Source: Syncephalis fuscata S228 (Eukaryota; Fungi; Zoopagomycota). From it: a DNA stretch of 64,000 bases. The notes below the pieces were generated by a model. It made no database searches and was not told the origin of the DNA. It saw nothing but the letters and a program-made list of their open reading frames with translations. A program made the translations under genes and the position numbers. The stretch is taken from positions 372,001-436,000 of the forward strand of contig JAHLTZ010000016.1 of NCBI GenBank assembly GCA_025786725.1. The letters are read 5' to 3'. Below, piece after piece: positions 1 to 15,299 of this stretch (the stretch's first letter is position 1; each line of letters begins with the position of its first letter).

Positions 1-2097
1 GTAATGGACAAAGTACTTGGCTGGACGAATAAGTATAAACTTGATGCCAAACAATATCCGCGTTCTTTCCAAGGGTAAATAGGAGTGATGTTGTACATCG
101 GTAACACTAACTAGTCTGTAGAATACCGTTTGCCGCGCCACCTATTGGCGAAAACCGTTTTAAACATCCACAGCCCTTTAATGCAAGCTGGGGTGGCATT
201 AGAGCTGATGGTAGCACATATGGCAAAATACGCGATGCTACCGTCTTAGGCAATGAATGTCCACAGCCATTTCCGCCATTTTCACAAAGTGAAGACTGTC
301 TCCACCTTAATGTATATACACCATCGGCCAAACGTATCAAGGAACTTGGCGGTCGAGTTGCTGTTATGTTTTGGCTATATCCGGGCGCGTATATTGTCGG
401 CGGCTCCTATCAGTATGGCTTCTACGATGGCGCGTATTTAGCCGAGAAAAAAGACGTTATTGTAGTGACCTCGAACTATCGTATGGGACCACTTGGCTTC
501 TTGGCGGCGAGCGATGACCATGCCAATGCGGGTATTGTCGACCAGGCAAAAGCACTAGAGTGGGTTAAGCGTAATATTGCTTCATTTGGTGGCGATCCGG
601 ATAATATAACACTTTGGGGCCTAAGTGCCGGTGCTTACTCGGTGCTGATCCATATGACGTCGCCCGCCACACCGCCGGGTCTATTTCATCGGGCTATCAT
701 GCAAAGTCCACCGATTGGTCATCGCGTTCGTTCACGACATGACATAGAAGCAGAGAATATGAAATTGGCCAAGCAGATGCGCTGTAGCATTCCAGTTAGT
801 AGTGGAAATGTGATTGATATGGCTTGCCTGCAAAAAGTTTCATGGAAAGCAATCGTTGCTGCATCGGCATTATGTATCACTTATGGTACACCTGGTATTA
901 AAGAAATCACCGATGAATTCAAGGTATTTGCGCGATTAAGTTTGCATTAGCCTAGACTAATTTGTGTTTTAGTGGTGGCCATATCGTGATGGTAAAATTA
1001 TTACTGATGAACCAAGAAATCTTATTTTATCAGGTCATTACAAAGATGTACCGATCATCATTGGATCCACCAAGTAAGCGACTAGCAATAGTTTAAATGT
1101 CATTTGTTTATTCATTTGTGTTAGAGATGAAGCAGGCCTATGGAGTATGCTATTTAGCCTACCAGTTATCAAAAAGGTTATTGGCTCGCACAACGATTAT
1201 ACGGTCAAAGGGTACATGGAACGTATTACCCGAGTGTTTGGTAATTTTTCTGAACAAGTAAGTATAAGCACATTTATTTTATTAGCAATATTGAATTATT
1301 TTTTAACAAAATATGCTATTAGTATTTGGAATTGTATCCAATCAAGAAAAATGATGTGGAAATCGAGGTGGAAACATCCAACGGTGGCACTGATATTGTC
1401 TGGCGTTGCCCAATCGACCGAGTAAGTCGATAGATAACTAGATATTGTTTAATCATTAACACATTTTTCCTCAAATTAATACAATCATTAGACAATGGCT
1501 TCAATAGCAAAACGTGGCGCGACCGTATACGTGTATGAATTTTTGCAGAAAAGCAAAAAGCCATGGTTTGGTAAGCAAAAACAGTTTATTTCAGAGTTAT
1601 CTACTAATACGTTTATTACAGGAATGTGCTTGCATCGTAGCTGCCACATGGGTGATTTAGTGCAGACATGGAAAAAAGATCACAATATAGTAAGTGCTGT
1701 ATTTACATACCAATATAATGTACTAACAACGTATGTTATATAGCTTCTTGATAAAGAACAAGAGAAAATTGGTGATGATATCCAAACTTATTGGACTAAT
1801 TTTGCCAAAACTGGTATGTAACGATTTGCGTCCTAAAATGTACTATACTAATGAGCATTCAAATTACTAGGTAATCCCAACACGGATATTCCATTAAGAA
1901 ATTCGTTACAAGAATCTCGACTGAACTGGCCTCGGTTTGATGAAAATAAGCGACTTCGTTTAAATCTCGACGATCAGCTAGCGGTGACTTCCAATAAATA
2001 TGAGCATTTTTGTGAATTTTGGGTAAGTTTACTCAATACTAATTTGGCTACTTTAAACTAATAGCATTTTTAGGATAAAGCAGGTATTGACTATTAG
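1..2097 (+). CDS. Type-B carboxylesterase/lipase (COesterase family), multi-exon, 5' end upstream of window
   Basis: Spliced motifs IPFAAPPIG..RF, SEDCLHLNVYTP, NYRMGPLGF, FGGDPDNITLWGLSAG (nucleophile elbow G-x-S-x-G), CHMGDL (catalytic His region), YWTNFAKTG|NPN; GT-AG introns; stop TAG 2095-2097. Confidence 0.92.
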
Positions 2098-2636
2098 TCT
2101 AAACCAGCTATAATGGCCAATCGTAGCTTATTGTCTATCATATAAGCACAAGTGCTTTAACCACCCACCCATAAATAAAACAGTGCGATTTGCTTTATTG
2201 AATTGATTTGCATATATGGGTGATAAAAATGGAGTAAAAACAACGTGCGCTATGAAAGAAATTCTTTATAATGACTGAATACCAAATTGGGAGTAACCAA
2301 TACAACGGAGCTTAATTCAAAGCCACATGCGGTGCTAAAATAATTATCGAGTTACTAAATAAAGACATTATTTAATTGCAGACATCATGCGGCGCTTTCT
2401 AAACGGTGTTTGCATATAAAACCGTAAATCATAATCATAACTGGCAGGCCATGTGTTCATGTAGTGCTTTTTACACCGGAGACTTCCATTTTGAGTTGCT
2501 GTTTGGGAGATAGATTGTACCTGCGAAAATGCGTATATTAGCGGCTCGTTCGCAATTTGCCAGCCTTTTTTATTAGTACGTCTTTTCTCCATCCACCCGT
2601 TATTCTTCTATTTATTGGCGTTGCCTACGTATCAAG

Positions 2637-5130
2637 ATGCGTTCAATCAACTTTATATTATCATGCGGCCTCGCCATAATGCTAAAAACTCTTATAAACA
2701 ATAGAATCGTGCACGCTGGTATATTGCCAGAAAGCGAAAACGAAATCGACTTCAACTCTTCAACTATTGTACCAACCGAAAATGGAATTATTCGCGGATT
2801 GGCCACAAATGATCGTATGGTAGAAAGAACTGTTAAAAAAGTACTTGGTCTAGGCAAAAAGACAATTGAAGAAGAAAATAAATTACCACGGAAATTTATT
2901 GGGTAACTATATAACAACTATTGGCTATGTAGTGTACATCTAATAGCACTCACTTTCTAATGTAACTATGTAGAATTCCTTTTGCTGCGCCACCTATTGG
3001 GGAGAACAGATTTAAAAAGCCACAGCCACTAAAAAGCTGGGGCGGTATTGACCAATCGGGCAAGCCATTTGGACCAGTTTATGATGCCACTAAAGTTACA
3101 AAGGCATGCGTTCAACTAATGCCAGTTCTACTACAAGGCGAAGACTGTCTTCATCTTGACATTTACACGCCACCTATGAATAAAATACGCGAACTTGGCG
3201 GTCGGCTTTCGGTTATGGTGTGGATTTTCCCTGGTAAATTAATGAAGCTTTATTATAGCAGGTTTAGACTAACATTCAATAAATTAGGTGGATTCTTCTT
3301 TAGTAACAAAAATATGTTTGATATGTACGATGGTGCCTATCTTGCACAGACCAAAAATACAATTATCGTTTCAATTAATCACCGTTTGGGACCATTTGGA
3401 TTTATCGTATGTATTTTACTATTGAAAACTACTATTAGATGAATTAACTCATGCACCAACTATAGAGTGCAGATGGTGCTGATAAAAACGTTGGATTATT
3501 TGATCAACGGGCAGCTTTGGAGTGGATTTCACGAAACATTGCACGGTAAGCTATATTTGATTAGCAAACACGCATATTAAATTAAACTTTGCAAAACTGC
3601 ATTACCTTTATATTAATACTGTCATTTCTAGATTTGGCGGTAATCCTAATGATATCACCATTCTTGGAGAAAGCTCTGGAGCATATTCAGTATTGGCACA
3701 TATGGTATCACCGACCACACCGCCCAATCTCTTTCATAAGGCTATAGTTATGAGTTCACCTACATCTATCAATCTGCGCAAAGATGAAAGTCTGGCCGCT
3801 AGTACTCTAACTCTGGCAAAGAAAGCAAACTGTGTTGATGCTACAAATAAAACCGACATTAAATGTCTACGTGAACGTTCTTGGGCCACCATTCTTAAGG
3901 GCCACGGCAATATGCTTGTCACAGAGGAAACTAATGTATTGGTACTATCAGACCAATTTAAGGTAATATTACTATGTAGTATTAATGCCAGCAATAGATT
4001 ACTAATGCCATTAATCCTTAAGTGGTGGGCCAGTTTAGACAACGACTTTTTTGTTGAGGAAGTCTACGATAGCTTTATTAAAGGCAGCTTTCTTAAGGTT
4101 CCATTGCTTATTGGTTTAGCAAAGTAAGAAAGCTTTATTTTATTAACATTTTACTAATATCTGTGCACTATTCAGAGACGATGCAGGTTTTTTTGCAGAT
4201 TTTTATGGCAATCGTGTAACAGGTAAATTTACCGGTCTATCAAGCGACTTTACTACACAAGGATTTGCCGATCGTTTAGATCGCGCATTTCAAGATAAAC
4301 TTGCTAATGTAAACAATTATACTTGCTATCCTATTGATTATTAATAATGCATTATATCCAGGTGACCGAATACTATCCGCTGCCTACCAACGACACTGAG
4401 ACAGTGGCACGATTCTCCGATCTCATTACCGACATGCTATTCCGTTGCCCAATCAAAACAGTATGTTAAATACTAGCCAACAACGATATAATACTTATTA
4501 CGATAATTATTATTATTCAGATTTCTGATGCAATCATTAAGCATAATAGTACCGTTTATACATATGAATTAGCACAAGACCCACCACGTCCCTACAAACT
4601 AACAGGTTTTTGCCGTAACCATACGTGCCATACCTCCGATCTGCTGTATCTATGGTCACGCGGAGCAACACTATTCGACCGAGTGGTAAGCTAGATAATC
4701 TATTATTATACTATTGACTACAGTATACTAATGTCTATACAATGTATTCCAAAAGACGCTTAATTCTAAACAACGCCAACTGGCTGGCCAGCTGCAAACG
4801 TATTGGACCAACTTTGCTGCTAGCGGTAAGTTCTATGAAAACCTGTTTTGACTCGGCGCCATTGCTTATCGGCTAGTTATAGGTGATCCGAACCGTCAAA
4901 CTACATCGGATAATAAGCATTACAATAGTACCGAGACCGATTCATTGCCCATATGGCCGCCAAGTAAACTAGGCGAACACAAGCACCAAGAACTAAATGA
5001 CAAAGTACAATTTGTCACCAATTCTCGTGAACGCTATTGTGATTTATGGGTAAGTTGTTAAAATGTCTGTTATCCCTATTAATGTTTTAACACTAATGGT
5101 GACTAGGATACCATTGGTTATAATTTTTAA
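2637..5130 (+). CDS. Secreted type-B carboxylesterase/lipase, multi-exon (tandem paralog)
   Basis: Hydrophobic N-terminus; IPFAAPPIGENRF, GEDCLHLDIYTP, INHRLGPFGF, FGGNPNDITILGESSG, CHTSDL, YWTNFAASG|DPN; stop TAA 5128-5130. Confidence 0.92.
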
Positions 5131-5259
5131 TTTTATTAATGCTACACATGGCCGACATTTACTTTGACTCACATTTGGAGTCCTCAAAGCAAAGTTCGTT
5201 CCAATTGAAGTCATGCTGTTATGCACAACATAATTATAATGTTTTCTAATAAAACGTTG

Positions 5260-5410
5260 TTAATAAATTGATTTAAATTAAGAATATAACATACTATTTG
5301 ATTTCTTTAAAACATTTGAGGTTGATCATTGTTATTGTTGAGCATGTGTAGAAAGACCGCTCAAATAGTAATAGAAGCCATATGATTGCGATTCCATGTC
5401 ATTCCGCATT
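5260..5410 (+). repeat. Dispersed ~150-bp repeat family B, copy 1 (diverged copy at ~55810-55955)
   Basis: Shared strings TAACATACTATTTGATTTCTTTAA, CATGT.TAGAAAGA and ATTCCATGTC.TTCCGC seen by eye in both locations. Confidence 0.75.
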
Positions 5411-6305
5411 TATTGTTGTTGCATCTGAATAATCTATTCTATTTTCCAATATTCTACTATTGTATTTTGGACATATTTGTGATGTAAGATCAAGATTAAT
5501 ATAATTATTATAAAAGTTGTATATTAAACAGTCATTTCCCCTATAGCCAATCTGACTAAATAAATGACTATATATGTATATTAAAGCAATAATAAAAATA
5601 ACCAATTAATTACATTATTATACTGATAATTACACATAAAACAATTAATGTTGGATGTAATATTATACGTGTTATTGTAATGAATGAGCGTTTAATTGTG
5701 TCTAAATGTGTTAAGAAAAGATGATTAAATAGGTAAATAAATGTAACAGTCAAAGCACAATAGTTCCTTGGCACATAATAAGTTCAATTTGGTCTTTGAT
5801 CTTTATGTGTCTATTCTTGGCACTATTACATACTTGTGCGTAATATGATATATATATTTGTATTTGTATTTGTATTTGTAGTGTGAAGGGGCAATGTGCG
5901 TCAACAGAGGTCAGCTGAGCAATGGAAGAAAAACTGGACTGATTGGCTGCTTGGTTTCGATGGTGACGCCCTTCACCTTTATTAATAGCACCAAGCGCCC
6001 TATGTTCTTACTGACGCTTATTCTCTCATTTATCATTGTTGTTGCTGTTACATTCAATTGTGTTTGTACTGGCGAAACGAATTGTTCTTTTCTTTTTGCG
6101 TTTTCTGTTTCTTTTATTACAATTGCAGCTATTATTTCTTATTATTATACAATATAACAACTACTGGTAGCGTTGCTGCAGTAGACATAACTCCGCAGTA
6201 AGGGTCATTGTTTTCATCTGACGTTGTCATCATTTCCTGCTTCTACTGCCCCTTTCACTCGCTTCATTTCTTGTTGTCTTCTACTACCTTTAGTCTTGTA
6301 ACAGC

Positions 6306-9093
6306 ATGAGATTCTGCAATCGATGTGGCGATCCAGTTAGTGGTCCCAGATGCAAGTGTGGAGGTACACCCAAAGGTAAGTTGTCTGCCACCAACGCAGT
6401 TACTGCTGTCGGAGCGGTTATGTCCAAAATGAACACTCAGCTGACTAGAAACTGTAATTATCTACAATGTAGAGGCTGAAGGAAGTGGTGGTGGTGAAGG
6501 TGTAACCACACTACGCCGCGACGTATGGTCCAGAAAGTGAGTATTTACTATGTTGACTAATAAGCCATATTAATAGTAAATGTTAGATATTTAACCAAGG
6601 GATTGGATCAACCAGTAGTAGGTCGACCCCGTTCCTCGTCGGTCAGCGATCCATCTACACCAAAATGTCCTGATTGTGGTCTACGTTTATCGCCAGTAAG
6701 TCAGTATTTATTAATAATAAGTTAATATTAATTGTTTATTAGACTGTGGATGGTGGTATGGCGTGTAGAGTATGTATTCTAAAACCTTCTAGTAAAGGTA
6801 TTTGGTAAGTTCGATTTAAATATAACAATCTAGTATCCAATATTTAATGTCTGATATCTAATCTATTTATTATTACAGTGCAGCATGTGAAAAGCCCGTT
6901 ATTCCACTAGCTGTACCGGGACAGACAGCCACTTGGGTAGAATATGGCACAAAAGTATGGCATAAGGTAATTTCTATAGTTATTAATTGTTCCAAGCTAA
7001 CTATTTAAATGTAGGATTGTTTTCGATGTCGAATATGCCGTGTAAGACTAACTAATCCCATGGTGGATTTAACCGGCCAGCCATGCTGTGAAGACTGTCT
7101 TATGGCCCAAGCAGGTGCACGTACACCAATGGATGAAGTGACACTAGAAACAGCTACTAGTGTGCCACCATCTACTTATAACAACAATAGTCGCCAACAA
7201 TCAAGTGCTTTATCCGATGGTTCTACGCTAATCAAGTCTACAGAGTCACTGGTAGAAGATAAATCACCTAAAAACCCCACATCTGCTTTCAGTGTCACTA
7301 ACAATGTGACTGGCGCAACACCTGTAACCGTGGCAGCAGTGACTGCTGTTACTGCTATACCCAAAGAAGCTTCATTGGTACCAGAGAAAAAGAAAGCTAT
7401 ATCTTCTCCTAAAGCATCACCTAAAATAGGACCATCGGAATTTGAATGTAGTGCGTGCAAACTGCCCATTACTGATGCTGGTGTACGATTGCCTAGTGGT
7501 CGATTATACCATCCACACTGCTTTACTTGTGCCGAGTGTGGCAAAGAGTTTAAACAAAGTGCATTTGTTAATTATGGTGGACGGGCTTATCATCCAGATG
7601 TAAGTTATTACAAACACGGCTTTGAATGGCATTAAATGGTGCAAGCACTTACAAATATCATTGCAATTCAGTGTACACCCAAGGCGAACGTAGAGCGGTG
7701 CAACGACTGTGGCAAGTTAATATCTGGATTTTATGTAAAAAACAATGGTGCTAGTTATCATGCCGAGGTAATATTATTAATGCGTATTTAACCAGGCTAT
7801 AGTGATTAATCTATTGATAAACATCAGTGTTTCAAATGTTCAGGATGTAAAACGGTTATTGGTCCTAAAACACCGTTTGGTGAGATTTCAGACCAGCCTT
7901 ATTGTGAGGCATGTTTAAAGGCTCGAATTACTGGCGATTTGTATCTGCCGCCGCCTATCGATTCACCATCAATGGTCAATACTACGACAACAAGAAGAGG
8001 GTCAAATGACAGAGGTGAACAAAGCAGTAATACGTCATTTGGCGTGCCAGATGCCAGTTTAATTCAACTGGATCCTTCAATGGCCCAAGATATTGGACAT
8101 GAGCCTCAATGGCATAGCACAACTAAGGTAGCAGTTACATCGCCAGTATTGGCAGCTGCAGCGGATAAAGAACCTAAAAGCACACCAGTACCTAAACCAT
8201 CATCGCCGGTATTGGCAACTGCAGCAGATAAAGAATTTAAAAGCAATCCAGTGCTTAAATCATCACCGCCACCTAGTTCTGCATCAACTTCGCCTAAAAT
8301 TGCGCCTATTCCGGTTAATGCTGCTATTGGGCGAGCCATGGGACGTTCCCAATTGTCTCCTTCTCCCTCTTCTCCGCCGAAAAATGGACGTATAGGTGTA
8401 ATCAGCACAGCGGCCGAATTGGCGTTTTCTGAAGGCGTGATGGGCGGTGCTAGAGCTATATCGCATGCACGGTCACGTAGTGCTGCATCGCCGCTTCCAC
8501 GGCCCAACACACAATCACCGACGCTATCTACTACGCCGGTTATTGCGCCAACACCGGCCAGTAATGGCTTTACTTCTGGTACATCAACGCCATACGCTTC
8601 TAGACCTGTCAGTCCACGACTACGATTTGAAGAGTCTCTCCTATCACCTAACGCGTCTAATGAGATTGCCTTGTCGCGGTCAAGTTCACGATCAAGCAAC
8701 ACGTCAGGCTGGGAGCCACGTGTGCCGCCACTTTATAACGGATCTACACCTACTACAAATAATGGATTTGTAGGTAGATCGGTAGGTACGCCCACCACCA
8801 CTACATTTGCACCATATAGCAACCAAAACGGCAATAGCGGTGGCGGTGTCGGGACCGGGTCAAGATTTTCTCAATTGGGCGGCACGGCACGCTGCTTCAA
8901 ATGCCAGGAACGATTATATGCCTCGGAAGAGGTGCCAGGCCCACGGGCCACTAAATGGCATCGTCATTGTTTGGTTTGTTTAGTATGTCGCAAACCACTC
9001 GACAGTATGGCACTGATGCGTGACGACACTGATGGGCCATACTGTCGCATGTGCTACATTAAAAAGGGCCGACGAGTTACTGCTCTCATGTAA
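6306..9093 (+). CDS. Multi-LIM-domain protein with long Ser/Pro/Thr-rich linker and C-terminal CRP-like LIM, multi-exon
   Basis: ATG 6306 MRFCNRCGD..CKCGG; LIM motifs CAAC..WHK|DCFRCRIC..CEDC, CSAC..YHPHCFTCAEC, CNDC..YHAE|CFKCSGC..YCEAC, CFKC..WHRHCLVCLVC..YCRMCY. Confidence 0.88.
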
Positions 9094-9685
9094 TCTCTTT
9101 ATTTTTTTAAATTGTCGTTTCAGTCATTATATTCTAACTATAAACTATTTTATACGATTATTATAATGATTTTTATTATATTATATTTAATTATTTTGAT
9201 ATACTCGTTATTTATTGATGAACATGTTCTATGATAACAAGTAGTTTAATGTCAATTAACATTAGTATTTTAACTCATTATTCACAACACAACATACAAT
9301 TTGCTTATTATATTTAATAATATACATATTGGATATCAATGTTAATTACCAACAACAACAGCTATTACAAAAATGTAACTCGTAAATACTTGTTATTTGC
9401 AAAAATATACACAATTATATGAACTGACACATTGCGTTAATGGTTTATAATACAAAATACTAAGGTTCTATCATTAACTATGTTTATTATACAATATAAT
9501 ATTGGCAACGATTCATTTTATTCTTATTTAATTATTTGTATTATACAAAATAAAAAGTGTAGTAATTTAGTTTATCCATTAATAATATACAATCACTATT
9601 GCGTCAGCTATAAATAATGAGTTATGAAAGAAATTAAACCATTGTATTTATTATTAGATAGCACATAAGCATAAAAATACAATAT

Positions 9686-11849
9686 TTAAATTGTAGCTTT
9701 AATTCGTTCCTATAAAAATATTGATTGATTAGTAAAATATAAAATTTAAGTCTTAGCAACTTACAAGTGCGCGGCAATGATTTGCACGTGGAGATGCCAT
9801 ATCTTCGATTGTTTTATCAAGACGTAAATAAGGACCAAGTGGGCCAGTGTGTGGACTCCATGGATGTAGCTTCTCTGTTTGATCTTTTCCTACCGTAATA
9901 CTAGTAGTGGGGCCTTGATTAGGATTGCCTGTAACGGCAAAGTTGGTCATATAGCCAATCCATATATCCGACATTCGATCCAGGCTACTTGTCATGGGCA
10001 AAGAAAGCGGCATGTGCCATGTTAATACAAGATCTGAGGCATGGCATACACGTCCAGAGCAATAGCCTTTAAATAGTTATCAATAATATTAATATGGTAA
10101 TCCGCTAATTTATACAAATACTTACCAAAAGATAATGCATTCTCTTTTGATGTAAAATGATACGTATAGACTTGGCCACCGTGTTGTCTAATACTATTGG
10201 CCATCTATTGATTTATAATAAATCAGCAAGTTTTTATCGATAGAATTGTGTACAATAATTACCTGAGTAGTTGGGCAGACAAATACATAGTCGGTGAAGA
10301 GACGTGTATAAGTTTCCTTGTTGTCTGATTCGCTGCCTTGTGTTGGGTAAAATGTTTCCATCTAACGACAATAATTTCAGATGTTAGTATTTAGTAATAA
10401 AATTACTATATTGTAAGTTACCGTATTGACTGAGTTACCAAAGATACCTTTCATTGCGCTGGGGAATTTGTCTGAAGCGAATGGTGCCTTTAAGCCAAAC
10501 ACATTCATAAAGGGGAATGTCATACTAAGCACCCATAAAGCACCTTCATCCCTGTAGTATTGCTTGTTAGCAGATGACACATAAACCAGCTATTATACAA
10601 CTTACTGAGCTGAACTCATAATCACTGGTATGTTACGGTTGAAATGACCCTGCTGGAACGCAGCCAATGGATCCTCGACAATATTGTAGTTATCAATAGA
10701 TGGCCACCATGCAAATTGATCCGACATCTTTTCTGTAATAGAACGAGGACCATGGGGTGATTCCTTAATAGCCTGTAGCACTTCTTTTGCCGATTTTGAT
10801 CGCATGCAATTCATATCAATCTTGCTATATTGATTTAAGCATTTGAGTGTCTGTGCCAATTCAGTACTCGTAGCACGAATGTCATTTTGGCTTCGCATTG
10901 ACATACCCAGTGGACTTGACTGCATTATTGCACGGTGGAATAGATTTTGCGGTGTACGAGGCGATGTCATATGAATACCAATCGATGTGGCACCCGAACT
11001 TAATCCTATTAAAGTAACATTGTTGGGATCTCCGCCAAAAGCTTTAATATTACGCTTAATCCATAATAAAGCCGCTCGTTGATCTTCAATGCCGGCATTG
11101 CCGCGTACTTCTTCGCTAGCAAAAAAGCCAAATGCGTTTACACGATGATTGGCCGTTATAATAATGGCATCTTTATGATCGGTGAGGTAGCGGCCGTTAT
11201 AAACGCCAAATTCGTTGGCTCCACCAAAGTAGAAAGCACCACCAAAAATGGAGAAAATTACTGGAAATGGCTTGGCTGGATTGGCCCGGCTCGCAGGTGG
11301 AACAAACACGTTGAGATAGAGACAATCTTCGGATTGGTCGAGTGAAATGAAGAGCTGCGGACAGTCTGACTTAAATTCAATGGCATCTCGAACGCCATTC
11401 CATGCCTTCTCGATGGGCGCGGGGGACTGAAAACGCCGTGTGCCAACTGGCGGTTCCGCATAAGGAATTCTGTACATGGAAAAACAATATAGGCGTGATC
11501 AGTCATTTCTGCTATTACTGAAACGTGCTACTTACCCAGCAAATACCCGTGAGTACTGGGCAGGGTCCTTATTACGGTTTATTGGCCAAGCGAGTCGTTG
11601 TGTAGGCGATAAGTTTAAACGGCCACGTATTTGACCATGTTCAGTAGCTACTAGCAGTACATCATGATTGCTGACTTCAGAGGTCATATCTGGTAAGTTA
11701 GTGTTATTTAACTTTTTCATACGAGGCGTATCTAATGCTGGCTGCTGAGCATTGGATCGAATCTGTTCTCCAATGCTTAAATCAGCTACTGTTAGCAGCA
11801 GTAGCAATAGACTGAATTGAAACTTGCTAGTAAAATTGGAAAGCAACAT
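9686..11849 (-). CDS. Secreted type-B carboxylesterase/lipase, multi-exon (third paralog)
   Basis: Signal-like N-terminus; IPYAEPPVGTRRF, SEDCLYLNVFVP, IFGGAF, FGGDPNNVTLIGLSSG, CHASDL, YMTNFAVTGNPN; last exon boundary approximate. Confidence 0.9.
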
Positions 11850-13187
11850 TTTCTAAATGTTATCGTGCTTATGACTACCAATTTGGCATGAATCAATAGT
11901 AAAGCTTTAATTTGGTTATGGAAATCGTAACTAAAAATGGTATTGTTCGTTAAGACTAGTAAGACTAAATCCAGCGCTACAAAGCGAGTGAATACTAGAA
12001 TAATGAGGAGAATTGCAATAACTAAGCATTACTGTTTATTGTTATTGCTATTAAATAGCTTGATGGTTTGAAGCAACCGTGCCTTAAAGTATCGTATGAT
12101 CCTCGAGAACACTCCTTATAAGCACGTGTGATCCGCCATCTGGGCTTTATCAGCGCTATTAAACGAGTTTTTCAATATACGTTTTGAGTAGAACTATTGC
12201 AAGCCCCTTATGCCAGTAAATCCACCTATGAAGACTAATAAAATACATATATACGACCGTACTAGCCATACTACCCGTCCATAAAAGGTAGGGCACCTTT
12301 TGTGTGAGACACGGTGTGTGTGTACGTGCACGCGCGTCGCACCATTGCCTATGAGCCATAGGCTACAGCACCCATCATTTTTCGTTTGATAGCTGTTTCA
12401 TACCAATGGTATTCAAAAACACATTTCGTAAAAACAAATGAACGAGGTAAATATGCCCCGTATTTCATCTGATATAAGAACGTGGACCCGTAATTTATTA
12501 TTGATTATTTAGATAACAACACAACACCATATTTCTCTTCCTTCCAATGGAGAATCATTCATGACTGCTCATTGGTGCTAGGAGGAAACGCGTGGAAAGT
12601 GCGTTGTAGGTAAAATGAATTAACAACAACAATCATAGCTGTTTATTAACTGTGTATCGGTGAATTTATTCATAGTAATCATTACACGATATATGGTCGC
12701 TATATTGTTACGTTCACTACGATAAGCAAAGAATTTAATAGCTAACTAGTTGTGATAAAATGACTGAATAAGTAATTATGATTATCATTACTATGATTAC
12801 TACATAGATATGGAAATAACATGGAAATCAAAGCACCAGTCTAGAATGTGCTTAGTCCACACCCCTTTTTTTCACTGGCTTATTGGAACTATCTTTTTAT
12901 TATTACTGTTCAATCTTGTCTCTCTCTCTCTCTCTATCTGCACCTCGCACAGTGTTGTTAGTCGTGTTAGTGTGCTGACTTTTTCCATTTTATTGTCCGA
13001 TCTTGCTCTCTCAGCCGTTTCTCAATTTTGCGTGACATCAGTGTGTTGGCAAGCAGCGGTCTATTGGGCATCTTTCTTACCTTTACTACCTAGTACAATC
13101 TTGCAACAACAACAACAACCATAACACTTTAGCGTAACTCCTTTACTAGCCAGCTACAACCAACCAACCAACCAATACTCCTTCATC

Positions 13188-14544
13188 ATGGCCGACGGTT
13201 CCTCCGTAGATAATAGTAACGTGTCGCCGGCTGTGCCGATGAAACCAGTTCAGGTTAAGCTGGTGTTGTTAGGTAAGTTATCATGATAGCGATGAGGATA
13301 TCTATACAGCTCCTACTTGCTGCTTTCTTTATTTGTATGTTTTGTTATGAGCGAAGATTCTTGGTTAAGGCTTCATCTGCCGTTAATCACCAGCTAGTAT
13401 GTTTATCTACAGTGTTCAATTGAACATAGCATAACATGCCAAGAATATAGATAGCGTTTATTTCAAATAGTTTTATCTATATTTTATCAAGTCGATAGTC
13501 TTTTAGGCTATTATACATACTGTAGCTGCTTATTAGTGACAGGTCTATACTCATAGACTCGTCTATTGTGTATGATAAGCTTGACAGTAATGACTTTGCT
13601 ATTACCGTGAACAAATTGAATACGCCAACTAAAAGTATACACCGTATTAATCATTTATAATTGTTTTTGTATTCATATAGGTGAAGCAGCTGTCGGTAAA
13701 TCCAGTTTAGTGCAACGATTTGTAAGCAATGAATTTCAAGAAAACAAAGAGCCTACTATTGGCGGTATGTCATTAATATTTATTACATTAATTACTAGCT
13801 AACTTTGGTGTATTATAGCGGCATTTTTGACGCAAAAGACATATCTTGAAGATAAAGTAATTAAATTTGAGATTTGGGACACGGCTGGTCAGGAACGTTT
13901 CCATTCATTGGCCCCAATGTACTATCGTAATGCCCAAGCGGCCGTAGTTGTCTACGATGTGACTCGTGCGGTAAATACTTAATAAGTATGCAAACAACAG
14001 TATTTACTTATGCTGCATATTAGACCTCACTAGATCGGGCCAAGTCTTGGATTAAAGAGCTGCAGCGTCAAGCCAATCCCAATATTGTTATAGCACTTGC
14101 TGGCAATAAGGTCGATTTAGTAACAGACTCAGACCAAGATGTGCATCACGAAGAGGACGTACACGACGAGGATAGACACGAAGACGGCGATGATACGCCC
14201 ACTACACGACAAGTGTCGACCGAAGAAGCTCGAGTATATGCTGATGAGGGCGGACTACTTTTCTTTGAAACATCAGCCAAGTTGGATTTAAATGTCCAAG
14301 AAATGTTTAATGAAATTGGTAAGTTAATTAGCATAACAACAACAACATTAATAATCATAATCATAATATATGTTACTAATTAATCTAATGCTGTAATATT
14401 ATATTATTAATAGCTCGAAAAATCCCCATCGAGCAGTTGATGGCCCCAAGTCGCAGTGGACGAATGAGTGGATCGAATGTCGGCCGTATTGAACTTATCG
14501 GCAATGGACAAGGTGCCAATGGTCGTGGCGGCTGTGCTTGTTAA
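13188..14544 (+). CDS. ypt5: Rab5-family GTPase (Ypt5/Vps21/Ypt52-like), multi-exon
   Basis: KLVLLG|[13 protein letters not shown]|[45 protein letters not shown]-terminal GGCAC* (CXC prenylation motif). Confidence 0.93.
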
Positions 14545-15299
14545 TTACGCACCTATTTCTTTGCACATAGGATGATCAAGTCCAACGCTCATTTCTACTA
14601 TTTTACACCGGATCATAATATACGTTTGCCCACAGGATAATAGGATAACAGTGGTGTAACTGCTAAAAATGTTATTTTGATTTACATATGTATTTCTATG
14701 ATCAACATAGAAAAATGGAAGTGCCGATTTGAGCAAATTTATTATGTGCAGTCATAACTATTAGGTTGCTTTGTGTTCTGCACATGCTCACCTTTGAGCA
14801 TTGATACATGTTGACTGATAGTGCTTTCCTTGTCACTGATGGCCTTTATATGCCTGTTCTTTCAGTATTTCTCTTACTTTCTATCTCACTCTCTTTCTAT
14901 TCTGGTCTTTACATTGTTTATCGTGCTATCATGCGATTAAGAATACATACAAAGACTACAACAATATGATTTGTATTAATGTCTACAAAAGTCTATCTTT
15001 GTCTATACCATTCATATATTAATAATGACAATACTTTAGTGGCATTATTGTTATTACTATTTCTAATGCTTTATTATTCATATAATTATGGTCGTGGGAT
15101 TGTCATTGCATATAGATATGCTTAACAATACAACTGAAACGTATAAATAGCCGATATAGATATACTATTTATGGATACATAGCTATTTAGTCATTCTACG
15201 TCTTTCTTTTTATCACATCGACTCACTGTGTTATTGCTGTACGCATATATACACACTGCACACACACTATACACACTGCACACGGAGTGAAATAGATAC

